From contig OZ240219.1 of assembly GCA_965197645.1 (NCBI GenBank), positions 576,001 through 640,000 on the forward strand: DNA of 64,000 nt, written 5' to 3'. This document shows, one piece after another, positions 62,938 to 64,000 of the stretch. The position numbers were made by a program, and so were the translations under genes. The notes under the pieces are model-generated. The model made no database searches. It was given only the letters and a program-made list of their open reading frames with translations, and was not told where the DNA came from. Numbering within the stretch: position 1 is the stretch's first letter; each line of letters begins with the position of its first letter. This stretch comes from Dehalococcoidia bacterium. Its GTDB lineage: Bacteria; Chloroflexota; Dehalococcoidia; Plut-88900.

Positions 62938-63324
62938 ATGAATCCTGCAGACTGTAGATACTCCAAGGACCACGAATGGGTGAAGATGGAGTCCGACAAC
63001 CTCGCCATCGTCGGCATAACCGATTTCGCCCAGGACCAGCTCGGCGACATCGTCTTCGTCTACACTCCCGAAGACCTCTCGGAGGTGGAGCAGTTCAAGG
63101 CGTTCGGAGAGGTGGAGTCTCCCAAGGCCGTGTCCGAGCTGGTTGCACCCGTCAGCGGCAAGGTAATCGAGATCAACGGCGATCTTCAGGACAGACCTGA
63201 GGTAGTCAACGAGGACCCTTACGGAAACGGCTGGATGATCAAGGTAGAGCTATCGGATGCCTTGGAGCTCGACAACCTGATGTCCGCCCAGGAGTACGAG
63301 GCCATGCTCGCCGATTCCTCCTAG
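62938..63324 (+). CDS. gcvH: Glycine cleavage system H protein
   Basis: HEWV, GITDFAQ..LGD, VESPKA lipoyl-Lys, DPYG.GW. Confidence 0.97.
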   Translation: MNPADCRYSKDHEWVKMESDNLAIVGITDFAQDQLGDIVFVYTPEDLSEVEQFKAFGEVESPKAVSELVAPVSGKVIEINGDLQDRPEVVNEDPYGNGWMIKVELSDALELDNLMSAQEYEAMLADSS

Positions 63325-63479
63325 GGCATCAGTTGTAGAATTTCAACCCACTCGCTTCCAACGGCTTTCCAAGAACGGTTGGAGAGCCTATCCTAGCCCC
63401 GACCCGAAAACTAACAATTCTCCACGACTTCCGCTAGAATAAGGCCCAGGGCCAGCCGGCTAAAGGTGGACCAGCAATC

Positions 63480-64000
63480 ATGGCTTCACCCTACATTTCC
63501 AATACGGAGGCCGACCGCCAGGAGATGCTCCGGGCCATCGGCGTCCAATCATCGGACCAGCTCTTCCTCGATATCCCCGAGCTCCATCGAGACCCTCACG
63601 TCGATGTACCAAAGCCCCTCTCCGAGTTGGAGCTGCTCCGAGAGCTGAGGGCTGCCAGCCGGTTGAACGCCAGCCTGCAGGACTACGCCTGCTTTCTCGG
63701 CGCCGGGTCCTACAACCACTACGTGCCCAGCGTCGTCAAGCACGTGGTGGGCCGCAGCGAGTTCTACACCTCCTATACTCCCTACCAGGCCGAGATTAGC
63801 CAGGGCACCCTTCAACACACCTTCGAGTTCCAATCCTTGGTCTGTGATCTCACCGGCATGGACGTGGCCAACGCCGGCATGTACGACGGGTCTACGGCCA
63901 TGGCTGAAGCCGCCCTGATGGCCTGCCGCTCCACGAAACGGCGACACGTCAGCGTCTTGGATACCGTGTCGCCCCTGTACCTGGAAATCCTGCGCACCTA
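63480..64000 (+). CDS. gcvPA: Glycine dehydrogenase subunit 1, 3'-truncated by the window (absent from the ORF track)
   Basis: Manual translation MASPYISNTEADRQEML...FLGAGSY...EFYTSYTPYQAEISQG...NAGMYDG. Confidence 0.95.
   Translation, partial: MASPYISNTEADRQEMLRAIGVQSSDQLFLDIPELHRDPHVDVPKPLSELELLRELRAASRLNASLQDYACFLGAGSYNHYVPSVVKHVVGRSEFYTSYTPYQAEISQGTLQHTFEFQSLVCDLTGMDVANAGMYDGSTAMAEAALMACRSTKRRHVSVLDTVSPLYLEILRT

Overview
GC-rich bacterial chromosomal window, most likely Chloroflexota/Dehalococcoidia (SAR202-like). This is inferred from gene order (fusA-rpsJ without tuf), the split transketolase, a T-box, and paralogous amidohydrolases, cyclases and acyl-CoA dehydrogenase. Contents in order: catabolic amide/heterocycle genes (ATC-hydrolase-like, cyclase, DMFase large subunit, P450, amidohydrolase); a Trp T-box-controlled trp operon with an inserted SDR and no trpA; a wHTH/membrane protein pair; transketolase; the full str-S10-spc-alpha-rplM/rpsI cluster; a SAM-cycle/MTA-salvage cluster; ilvE; comEA-comEC; formamidase, cyclase and DoeA-like genes; gcvT-H-PA. 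Many intergenic gaps carry members of several interleaved, nested palindromic REP/MITE-like families, including a 3x148-bp tandem array. Best hidden items: a standalone 17-aa MCDSCGC peptide gene with its own promoter, RBS and terminator; a 6S-like rod-shaped RNA candidate; and long acidic tails on several ribosomal proteins. All calls are by eye; no database searches or folding programs were run.
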